In this document: positions 12,501-23,424 of the stretch, in pieces
Layout: each line of letters starts with the position of its first letter
Position numbering within the stretch: the stretch's first letter is position 1
DNA from: Utricularia gibba
Taxonomy: Eukaryota > Plantae > Magnoliophyta
Length of the DNA stretch: 60,906 bases
Direction: 5' to 3'
NCBI GenBank assembly: GCA_002189035.1
Contig: NEEC01000176.1
Location: forward strand, 1 to 60,906
Translations under genes and position numbers: made by a program
Notes under the pieces: model-generated
What the model was told of the DNA's origin: nothing
The model's database searches: none
Seen by the model: only the letters and a program-made list of their open reading frames with translations

Positions 12501-15500
12501 AAAGTTGTCGTTTTTTTGGCGGGTGCTGTTGTTGGGAACTTCGTCCGGACCCAAGGTTCGGTCTGACTTCACAGCACAATAAGGTCCCATTCGACGAAAA
12601 TCGTGATACCTTTATTGAAGTTAGGATCTCATGACCGCCCCAAATGCTTTTTTCAACAGCATGCTATACACTTGAGAAGGCGCTTTTGTGGGTCACCGAG
12701 ATCGGGCCGGAATTCGGGTCGAGCTCGGGCCCAAAGTCAGCTGTAGCCCGACAAAAGAAGTGATGCATTTATTAACGTTGGGTTGTCGGCGGCTGCCCAC
12801 ATGGTTTTTCAAGCAACAGCTTGCCGTTTTAAGGCGGGTGCTGTCGTTGGCAGCTTTGTAAGGGCCCAAGGTTCGGTCTGGCTCCTGAGCCCAATCGGGT
12901 CCTACTCGATGAAAATCGTGATGCATTTGCTTTTGTTAGGATGTCATGAGAACCCAAATGGGTTTTCTCCACACTCTACTTTATATTTGAGAAGGCGCTC
13001 TCGGGGGGTTTTGGGATTGGGCAAGAGGTCGGGTCGGGCTCATGCCCATAGTCAGTTGTAGCCCGGAAAAAAAGTGATGCATTTATTAACGTTGGGTTTT
13101 CGGCGGCTGCCTAATGGTTTTTCAAGCAACAGCTTGCCGTTTTAAGGCGGGTGCTGTCGTTGGCAGCTTTGTAAGGGCCCAAGGTTTGGTCTGGCTCCTG
13201 AGCCCAATCGGGTCCTACTCGATGAAAATCGTGATGCATTTAATGAAGTTAGGATGTCATGAGCGCCCAAAATGGTTTTCTCAACAACCTGATTTATTTT
13301 GACGAGGTGCTTTAGCTGGCTCTAGTATCGAGCAAATGGTCGAGTCGCGCTCTGGCCCATAGTCATTTGTAGCCCGGCCAAAAAAGTGATGCATTTATTA
13401 ACGTTGGGTTTTCGGCGGCTGCCTACATGCTTTTTCAAGGAAAAGTTGTCGTTTTTTGGCGGGTGCTGTTGTTGGGAACTTCGTCCGGACCCAAGGTTCG
13501 GTCTGACTTCACAGCACAATAGGTCCCATTCGACGAAAATCGTGATACCTTTATTGAAGTTAGGATCTCATGACCGCCCCAAATGCTTTTTTCAACAGCA
13601 TGCTTTAAACTTGAGAAGGCGCTTTTGTGGGTCACCGAGATCGGGCCGGAATTCGGGTCGAGCTCGGCCCAAAGTCAGCTGTAGCCCGACAAAAGAAGTG
13701 ATGCATTTATTAACGTTGGGTTGTCGGCGGCTGCCCACATGGTTTTTCAAGCAACAGCTTGCCGTTTTAAGGCGGGTGCTGTCGTTGGCAGCTTTGTAAG
13801 GGCCCAAGGTTTGGTCTGGCTCCTGAGCCCAATCGGGTCCTACTCGATGAAAATCGTGATGCATTTAATGAAGTTAGGATGTCATGAGCGCCCCAAATGG
13901 TTTTTCTCAACAACCTGATTTTTATTCGACGAGGTGCTTTAAGCTGGCTCTAGTATCGAGCAAATGGTCGAGTCGCGCTCTGGCCCATAGTCATTTGTAG
14001 CCCGGCCAAAAAAGTGATGCATTTATTAACGTTGGGTTTTCGGCGGCTGCCTACATGCTTTTTGAAGCAAAAGTTGTCGTTTTTTGGCGGGTGCTGTTGT
14101 TGGGAACTTCGTCGGACCCAAGGTTCGGTCTGACTTCACAGCACAATAAGGTCCCATTCGACGAAAATCGTGATACCTTTATTGAAGTTAGGATCTCATG
14201 ACCACCCCAAATGCTTTTTTCAACAGCATGCTATACACTTGAGAAGGCGCTTTTGTGGGTCACCGAGATCGGCCCGGAATTCGGGTCGAGCTCGGGCCCA
14301 AAGTCAGCTGTAGCCCGACAAAAGAAGTGATGCATTTATTAACGTTGGGTTGTCGGCGGCTGCCCACATGGTTTTTCAAGCAACAGCTTGCCGTTTTAAG
14401 GCGGGTGCTGTCGTTGGCTTTGTAAGGGCCCAAGGTTCGGTCTGGCTCCTGAGCCCAATCGGGTCCTACTCGATGAAAATCGTGATGCATTTAATGAAGT
14501 TAGGATGTCATGAGCGCCCCAAATGGTTTTCTCAACAACCTGATTTTTATTTGACGAGGTGCTTTAGCTGGCTCTAGTATCGAGCAAATGGTCGAGTCGC
14601 GCTCTGGCCCATAGTCATTTGTAGCCCGGCAAAAAAAGTGATGCATTTATTAACGTTGGGTTTTCGGCGGCTGCCTACATGCTTTTTCAAGGAAAAGTTG
14701 TCGTTTTTTGGCGGGTGCTGTTGTTGGGAACTTCGTCCGGACCCAAGGTTCGGTCTGACTTCACAGCACAATAGGTCCCATTCGACGAAAATCGTGATAC
14801 CTTTATTGAAGTTAGGATCTCATGACCGCCCCAAATGCTTTTTTCAACAGCATGCTATACACTTGAGAAGGCGCTTTTGTGGGTCACCGAGATCGGGCCG
14901 GAATTCGGGTCGAGCTCGGGCCAAAGTCACTGTAGCCCGACAAAAGAAGTGATGCATTTATTAACGTTGGGTTGTCGGCGGCTGCCCACATGGTTTTTCA
15001 AGCAACAGCTTGCCGTTTTAAGGCGGGTGCTGTCGTTGGCAGCTTTGTAAGGGCCCAAGGTTCGGTCTGGGCCAATCGGGTCCTATCGATGAAAATCGTG
15101 ATGCATTTGCTTTTGTTAGGATGTCATGAGAACCCCAATGGGTTTTCTCCACACTCTACTTTATATTTGAGAAGGCGCTCTCGGGGGGTTTTGGGATTGG
15201 GCAAGAGGTCGGGTCGGGCTCAGCCCATAGTCAGTTGTAGCCCGACAAAAGAAGTGATGCATTTATTAACGTTGGGTTTCGGCGGCTGCCTATTCAAGCA
15301 ACAGCTTGCCGTTTTAAGGCGGGTGCTGTCGTTGGCAGCTTTGTAAGGGCCCAAGGTTTGGTCTGGCTCCTGAGCCCAATCGGGTCCTACTCGATGAAAA
15401 TCGTGATGCATTTAATGAAGTTAGGATGTCATGAGCGCCCCAAATGGTTTTCTCAACAACCTGATTTTTATTCGACGAGGTGCTTTAGCTGGCTCTAGTA

Positions 15501-18500
15501 TCGAGCAAATGGTCGAGTCGCGCTCTGGCCCATAGTCATTTGTAGCCCGGCAAAAAAGTGATGCATTTATTAACGTTGGGTTTTCGGCGGCTGCCTACAT
15601 GCTTTTTCAAGGAAAAGTTGTCGTTTTTTGGCGGGTGCTGTTGTTGGGAACTTCGTCCGGACCCAAGGTTCGGTCTGACTTCACAGCACAATAGGTCCCA
15701 TTCGACGAAAATCGTGATACCTTTATTGAAGTTAGGATCTCATGACCGCCCCAAATGCTTTTTTCAACAGCATGCTATACACTTGAGAAGGCGCTTTTGT
15801 GGGTCACCGAGATCGGGCCGGAATTCGGGTCGAGCTCGGGCCCAAAGTCAGCTGTAGCCCGACAAAAGAAGTGATGCATTTATTAACGTTGGGTTGTCGG
15901 CGGCTGCCCACATGGTTTTTCAAGCAACAGCTTGCCGTTTTAAGGCGGGTGCTGTCGTTGGCAGCTTTGTAAGGGCCCAAGGTTCGGTCTGGTGCCCAAT
16001 CGGGTCCTACTCGATGAAAATCGTGATGCATTTGCTTTTGTTAGGATGTCATGAGAACCCCAATGGGTTTTCTCCACACTCTACTTTATATTTGAGAAGG
16101 CGCTCTCGGGGGGTTTTGGGATTGGGCAAGAGGTCGGGTCGGGCTCATGCCCATAGTCAGTTGTAGCCCGAAAAAAAGTGATGCATTTATTAACGTTGGG
16201 TTTCGGCGGCTGCCCACATGGTTTTTCAAGCAACAGCTTGCCGTTTTAAGGCGGGTGCTGTCGTTGGCAGCTTTGTAAGGGCCCAAGGTTTGGTCTGGCT
16301 CCTGAGCCCAATCGGGTCCTACTCGATGAAAATCGTGATGCATTTAATGAAGTTAGGATGTCATGAGCGCCCCAAATGGTTTTCTCAACAACCTGATTTT
16401 TATTTGACGAGGTGCTTTAGCTGGCACTAGTATCGAGCAAATGGTCGAGTCGCGCTCTGGCCCATAGTCATTTGTAGCCCGGCAAAAAAGTGATGCATTT
16501 ATTAACGTTGGGTTTTCGGCGGCTGCCTACATGCTTTTTCAAGGAAAAGTTGTCGTTTTTTGGCGGGTGCTGTTGTTGGGAACTTCGTCCGGACCCAAGG
16601 TTCGGTCTGACTTCACAGCACAATAAGGTCCCATTCGACGAAAATCGTGATACCTTTATTGCTGTTAGGATCTCATGACCCCAAATGCTTTTTTCAACAG
16701 CATGCTATACACTTGAGAAGGCGCTTTTGTGGGTCACCGAGATCGGCCCGGAATTCGGGTCGAGCTCGGGCCCAAAGTCAGCTGTAGCCCGACAAAAGAA
16801 GTGATGCATTTATTAACGTTGGGTTGTCGGCGGCTGCCCACATGGTTTTTCAAGCAACAGCTTGCCGTTTTAAGGCGGGTGCTGTCGTTGGCAGCTTTGT
16901 AAGGGCCCAAGGTTTGGTCTGGCTCCTGAGCCCAATCGGGTCCTACTCGATGAAAATCGTGATGCATTTAATGAAGTTAGGATGTCATGAGCGCCCCAAA
17001 TGGTTTTCTCAACAACCTGATTTTTATTCGACGAGGTGCTTTAGCTGGCTCTAGTATCGAGCAAATGGTCGAGTCGCGCTCTGGCCCATAGTCATTGTAG
17101 CCCGGCAAAAAAGTGATGCATTTATTAACGTTGGGTTTTCGGCGGCTGCCTACATGCTTTTTCAAGGAAAAGTTGTCGTTTTTTGGCGGGTGCTGTTGTT
17201 GGGAACTTCGTCCGGACCCAAGGTTCGGTCTGACTTCACAGCACAATAGGTCCCATTCGACGAAAATCGTGATACCTTTATTGAAGTTAGGATCTCATGA
17301 CCGCCCCAAATGCTTTTTTCAACAGCATGCTATACACTTGAGAAGGCGCTTTTGTGGGTCACCGAGATCGGGCCGGAATTCGGGTCGAGCTCGGGCCAAA
17401 GTCAGCTGTAGCCCGACAAAAGAAGTGATGCATTTATTAACGTTGGGTTGTCGGCGGCTGCCCACATGGTTTTTCAAGCAACAGCTTGCCGTTTTAAGGC
17501 GGGTGCTGTCGTTGGCAGCTTTGTAAGGGCCCAAGGTTCGGTCTGGCTCCTGAGCCCAATCGGGTCCTACTCGATGAAAATCGTGATGCATTTGCTTTTG
17601 TTAGGATGTCATGAGAACCCCAATGGGTTTTCTCCACACTCTACTTTATATTTGAGAAGGCGCTCTCGGGGGTTTTGGGATTGGGCCAGAGGTCGGGTCG
17701 GGCTCACGCCCATAGTCAGTTGTAGCCCGGAAAAAAGTGATGCATTTATTAACGTTGGGTTTCGGCGGCTGCCTAATGGTTTTTCAAGCAACAGCTTGCC
17801 GTTTTAAGGCGGGTGCTGTCGTTGGCAGCTTTGTAAGGGCCCAAGGTTTGGTCTGGCTCCTGAGCCCAATCGGGTCCTACTCGATGAAAATCGTGATGCA
17901 TTTAATGAAGTTAGGATGTCATGAGCGCCCCAAATGGTTTTCTCAACAACCTGATTTATATTTGACGAGGTGCTTTAGCTGGCACTAGTATCGAGCAAAT
18001 GGTCGAGTCGCGCTCTGGCCCATAGTCATTTGTAGCCCGGCAAAAAAGTGATGCATTTATTAACGTTGGGTTTTCGGCGGCTGCCTACATGCTTTTTCAG
18101 GAAAAGTTGTCGTTTTTTGGCGGGTGCTGTTGTTGGGAACTTCGTCCGGACCCAAGGTTCGGTCTGACTTCACAGCACAATAAGGTCCCATTCGACGAAA
18201 ATCGTGATACCTTTATTGCTGTTAGGATCTCATGATTACCCCAAATGCTTTTTTCAACAGCATGCTATACACTTGAGAAGGCGCTTTTGTGGGTCACCGA
18301 GATCGGCCCGGAATTCGGGTCGAGCTCGGGCCAAAAGTCAGCTGTAGCCCGACAAAAGAAGTGATGCATTTATTAACGTTGGGTTGTCGGCGGCTGCCCA
18401 CATGGTTTTTCAAGCAACAGCTTGCCGTTTTAAGGCGGGTGCTGTCGTTGGCAGCTTTGTAAGGGCCCAAGGTTTGGTCTGGCTCCTGAGCCCAATCGGG

Positions 18501-21500
18501 TCCTACTCGATGAAAATCGTGATGCATTTAATGAAGTTAGGATGTCATGAGCGCCCCAAATGGTTTTCTCAACAACCTGATTTTTATTCGACGAGGTGCT
18601 TTAGCTGGCTCTAGTATCGAGCAAATGGTCGAGTCGCGCTCTGGCCCATAGTCATTTGTAGCCCGGCAAAAAAGTGATGCATTTATTAACGTTGGGTTTT
18701 CGGCGGCTGCCTACATGCTTTTTCAAGGAAAAGTTGTCGTTTTTTGGCGGGTGCTGTTGTTGGGAACTTCGTCCGGACCCAAGGTTCGGTCTGACTTCAC
18801 AGCACAATAAGGTCCCATTCGACGAAAATCGTGATACCTTTATTGAAGTTAGGATCTCATGACCCCAAATGCTTTTTTCAACAGCATGCTTTAAACTTGA
18901 GAAGGCGCTTTTGTGGGTCACCGAGATCGGGCCGGAATTCGGTCGGCTCGGGCAAAGTCAGCTGTAGCCCGACAAAAGAAGTGATGCATTTATTAACGTT
19001 GGTTGTCGGCGGCTGCCCACATGGTTTTTCAAGCAACAGCTTGCCGTTTTAAGGCGGGTGCTGTCGTTGGCAGCTTTGTAAGGGCCCAAGGTTTGGTCTG
19101 GCTCCTGAGCCCAATCGGGTCCTACTCGATGAAAATCGTGATGCATTTAATGAAGTTAGGATGTCATGAGCGCCCCAAATGGTTTTCTCAACAACCTGAT
19201 TTTTATTTGACGAGGTGCTTAGGGCTCTAGTATCGAGCAAATGGTCGAGTCGCGCTCTGGCCCATAGTCATTTGTAGCCCGGCAAAAAAGTGATGCATTT
19301 ATTAACGTTGGGTTTTCGGCGCTGCCTACATGCTTTTTCAAAAAAGTTGTCGTTTTTTGGCGGGTGCTGTTGTTGGGAACTTCGTCCGGACCCAAGGTTC
19401 GGTCTGACTTCACAGCACAATAAGGTCCCATTCGACGAAAATCGTGATACCTTTATTGAAGTTAGGATCTCATGACCGCCCAAATGCTTTTTCAACAGCA
19501 TGCTATACACTTGAGAAGGCGCTTTTGTGGGTCACCGAGATCGGGCCGGAATTCGGGTCGGCTCGGGCCAAAGTCAGCTGTAGCCCGACAAAAGAAGTGA
19601 TGCATTTATTAACGTTGGGTTGTCGGCGGCTGCCACATGGTTTTTCAAGCAACAGCTTGCCGTTTTAAGGCGGGTGCTGTCGTTGGCAGCTTTGTAAGGG
19701 CCCAAGGTTCGGTCTGAAGCCCAATCGGGTCCTACTCGATGAAAATCGTGATGCATTTGCTTTTGTTAGGATGTCATGAGAACCCCAATGGGTTTTCTCC
19801 ACACTCTACTTTATATTTGAGAAGGCGCATTGGGCAATTCGGGTCGGGCTCGGCCCATAGTCAGTTGTAGCCCGGAAAAAAGTGATGCATTTATTAACGT
19901 TGGGTTTCGGCGGCTGCCTGGTTTTTCAAGCAACAGCTTGCCGTTTTAAGGCGGGTGCTGTCGTTGGCAGCTTTGTAAGGGCCCAAGGTTTGGTCTGGCT
20001 CCTGAGCCCAATCGGGTCCTACTCGATGAAAATCGTGATGCATTTAATGAAGTTAGGATGTCATGAGCGCCCCAAATGGTTTTCTCAACAACCTGATTTT
20101 TATTTGACGAGGTGCTTTAGCTGGCACTAGTATCGAGCAAATGGTCGAGTCGCGCTCTGGCCCATAGTCATTTGTAGCCCGGCCAAAAAAGTGATGCATT
20201 TATTAACGTTGGGTTTTCGGCGGCTGCCTACATGCTTTTTCAAGGAAAAGTTGTCGTTTTTTGGCGGGTGCTGTTGTTGGGAACTTCGTCCGGACCCAAG
20301 GTTCGGTCTGACTTCACAGCACAATAAGGTCCCATTCGACGAAAATCGTGATACCTTTATTGAAGTTAGGATCTCATGACCCCCCAAATGCTTTTTTCAA
20401 CAGCATGCTTACACTTGAGAAGGCGCTTTTGTGGGTCACCGAGATCGGGCCGGAATTCGGGTCGAGCTCGGGCCCAAAGTCAGCTGTAGCCCGAAAAAGA
20501 AGTGATGCATTTATTAACGTTGGGTTGTCGGCGGCTGCCCACATGGTTTTTCAAGCAACAGCTTGCCGTTTTAAGGCGGGTGCTGTCGTTGGCAGCTTTG
20601 TAAGGGCCCAAGGTTTGGTCTGGCTCCTGAGCCCAATCGGGTCCTACTCGATGAAAATCGTGATGCATTTAATGAAGTTAGGATGTCATGAGCGCCCCAA
20701 ATGGTTTTCTCAACAACCTGATTTATATTTGACGAGGTGCTCTAGGCTGGCACTAGTATCGAGCAAATGGTCGAGTCGCGCTCTGGCCCATAGTCATTTG
20801 TAGCCCGGCCAAAAAAGTGATGCATTTATTAACGTTGGGTTTTCGGCGGCTGCCTACATGCTTTTTGAAGCAAAAGTTGTCGTTTTTTGGCGGGTGCTGT
20901 TGTTGGGAACTTCGTCCGGACCCAAGGTTCGGTCTGACTTCACAGCACAATAAGGTCCCATTCGACGAAAATCGTGATACCTTTATTGAAGTTAGGATCT
21001 CATGACCACCCCAAATGCTTTTTTCAACAGCATGCTATACACTTGAGAAGGCGCTTTTGTGGGTCACCGAGATCGGCCCGGAATTCGGGTCGAGCTCGGG
21101 CCCAAAGTCAGCTGTAGCCCGACAAAAGAAGTGATGCATTTATTAACGTTGGGTTGTCGGCGGCTGCCCACATGGTTTTTCAAGCAACAGCTTGCCGTTT
21201 TAAGGCGGGTGCTGTCGTTGGCAGCTTTGTAAGGGCCCAAGGTTTGGTCTGGCTCCTGAGCCCAATCGGGTCCTACTCGATGAAAATCGTGATGCATTTA
21301 ATGAAGTTAGGATGTCATGAGCGCCCCAAATGGTTTTCTCAACAACCTGATTTTTATTTGACGAGGTGCTCTAGCTGGCACTAGTATCGAGCAAATGGTC
21401 GAGTCGCGCTCTGGCCCATAGTCATTTGTAGCCCGGCAAAAAAGTGATGCATTTATTAACGTTGGGTTTTCGGCGGCTGCCTACATGCTTTTTCAAGGAA

Positions 21501-22530
21501 AAGTTGTCGTTTTTTGGCGGGTGCTGTTGTTGGGAACTTCGTCCGGACCCAAGGTTCGGTCTGACTTCACAGCACAATAAGGTCCCATTCGACGAAAATC
21601 GTGATACCTTTATTGAAGTTAGGATCTCATGACCGCCCCAAATGCTTTTTTCAACAGCATGCTTAACTTGAGAAGGCGCTTTTGTGGGTCACCGAGATCG
21701 GGCCGGAATTCGGGTCGGCTTGGGCCCAAAGTCAGCTGTAGCCCGACAAAAGAAGTGATGCATTTATTAACGTTGGGTTGTCGGCGGCTGCCCACATGGT
21801 TTTTCAAGCAACAGCTTGCCGTTTTAAGGCGGGTGCTGTCGTTGGCAGCTTTGTAAGGGCCCAAGGTTCGGTCTGGTAAGCCCAATCGGGTCCTACTCGA
21901 TGAAAATCGTGATGCATTTGCTTTTGTTAGGATGTCATGAGAACCCCAATGGGTTTTCTCCACACTCTACTTTATATTTGAGAAGGCGCTCTCGGGGGTT
22001 TTGGGATTGGGCCAGGTCGGGTCGGGCTCATGCCCATAGTCAGTTGTAGCCCGGAAAATAAGTGATGCATTTATCAACGTTGGGTTTCGGCGGCTGCCTA
22101 AATGGTTTTTCAAGCAACAGCTTGCCGTTTTAAGGCGGGTGCTGTCGTTGGCAGCTTTGTAAGGGCCCAAGGTTTGGTCTGGCTCCTGAGCCCAATCGGG
22201 TCCTACTCGATGAAAATCGTGATGCATTTAATGAAGTTAGGATGTCATGAGCGCCCCAAATGGTTTTCTCAACAACCTGATTTATATTTGACGAGGTGCT
22301 CTAGGCTGGCACTAGTATCGAGCAAATGGTCGAGTCGCGCTCTGGCCCATAGTCATTTGTAGCCCGGCCAAAAAAGTGATGCATTTATTAACGTTGGGTT
22401 TTCGGCGGCTGCCTACATGCTTTTTGAAGCAAAAGTTGTCGTTTTTTGGCGGGTGCTGTTGTTGGGAACTTCGTCCGGACCCAAGGTTCGGTCTGACTTC
22501 ACAGCACAATAAGGTCCCATTCGACGAAAA
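9503..22530 (+). repeat. Irregular C(AB)n domain, n = 1-3
   Basis: C monomers start at 9503, 11053, 11984, 12916, 15096, 16021, 17581, 19746 and 21907. The spacings 1550, 931, 932, 2180, 925, 1560, 2165 and 2161 bp correspond to 5, 3, 3, 7, 3, 5, 7 and 7 monomers. Confidence 0.92.
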
Positions 22531-23111
22531 TCGTGATACCTTTACTCATGGTGCTTTTTTCAACAGCATGCTATACACTTGAGAAGGCGCTTTTGTGGGT
22601 CAAGATTTCGGGTCGAGCTCGGGCCCAAAGTCAGCTGTAGCCCGACAAAAGAAGTGATGCATTTATTAACGTTGGGTTGTCGGCGGCTGCCCAACAGCAT
22701 GCTTTAAACTTGAGAAGGCGCTTTTGTGGGTCACCCCAAGGTTTGGTCAACTCCTGAGAATCGGGCCGGAATTCGGTCATGGGCTGGTGGACGAGGAGGC
22801 AAAGTCAGCTGTAGCCCGTCATTTAAACGAACTGAAAAAAAACGTTTACCGTTTGATTTAAAGGTTCGGTCTGACTTCACAGCACAATAAGGTCCCATTC
22901 GACGAAAATCGTGATACCTTTATTGAAGTTAGGATCTCATGACCGCCCCAAATGCTTTTTTCAACAGCATGCTTTAAACTTGAGAAGGCGCCACATGGTT
23001 TCGGGCTTCAAAGTCGTGTTTAAGGCGGGTGCTGGTCAACAGTTGGCAGCTTTGTAAGGGCCCAAGGTTCGGTCTGGCTCCTGAGCCCAATCGGGTCCTA
23101 CTCGATGAAAA
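22531..23111 (+). repeat. Scrambled junction made of satellite fragments (581 bp)
   Basis: B fragments with internal jumps (22692 CAACAGC, 22990/22991) and mosaic patches (22781-22800, 22821-22860). About 360 bp shorter than the B-A-B expected before the next C. Confidence 0.8.
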
Positions 23112-23424
23112 TCGTGATGCATTTGCTTTTGTTAGGATGTCATGAGAACCCCAATGGGTTTTCTCCACACTCTACTTTATATTTGAGAAGGCGCTCTCGG
23201 GGGGTTTAGGGATTGGGCCAGAGGTCGGGTCGGGCTCACGCCCATAGTCAGTTGTAGCCGGAAAATAAGTCATGCATTTATCAACGTTGGGTTTTCGGCG
23301 GCTGCCTAAATGGTTTTTCAAGCAACAGCTTGCCGTTTTAAGGCGGGTGCTGTCGTTGGCAGCTTTGTACGGGCCCAAGGTTTGGTCTGGCTCCTGAGCC
23401 CAATCGGGTCCTACTCGATGAAAA
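23112..23424 (+). repeat. Type C monomer (reference copy from the 5-mer domain)
   Basis: Starts TCGTGATGCATTTGCTTTTG and has a distinct 5' half (CTCCACACTCTAC, GGGGGGTTTAGGGATTGGG). Its 3' half is almost identical to the 3' half of B. Confidence 0.95.
23199..23234 (+). other. G-rich tract with a single plant telomere heptamer; potential G-quadruplex motif, once per C monomer
   Basis: GGGGGG-TTTA-GGG-ATT-GGG-CCAGAGGTC-GGG-TC-GGG has five G3+ runs, with TTTAGGG at 23205-23211. Folding is untested. Confidence 0.5.

Noticed and set aside
22821-22860. AT-rich patch as a foreign insertion or transposon footprint
   Set aside because: There is no target-site duplication or terminal repeat, and it is made largely of short words found in the satellite (CATTTA, AACGTT, CCGTTT, TGATTTA).
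23205-23211. Interstitial telomeric repeat array
   Set aside because: Only single heptamers occur, one per C monomer, with no tandem TTTAGGG run.
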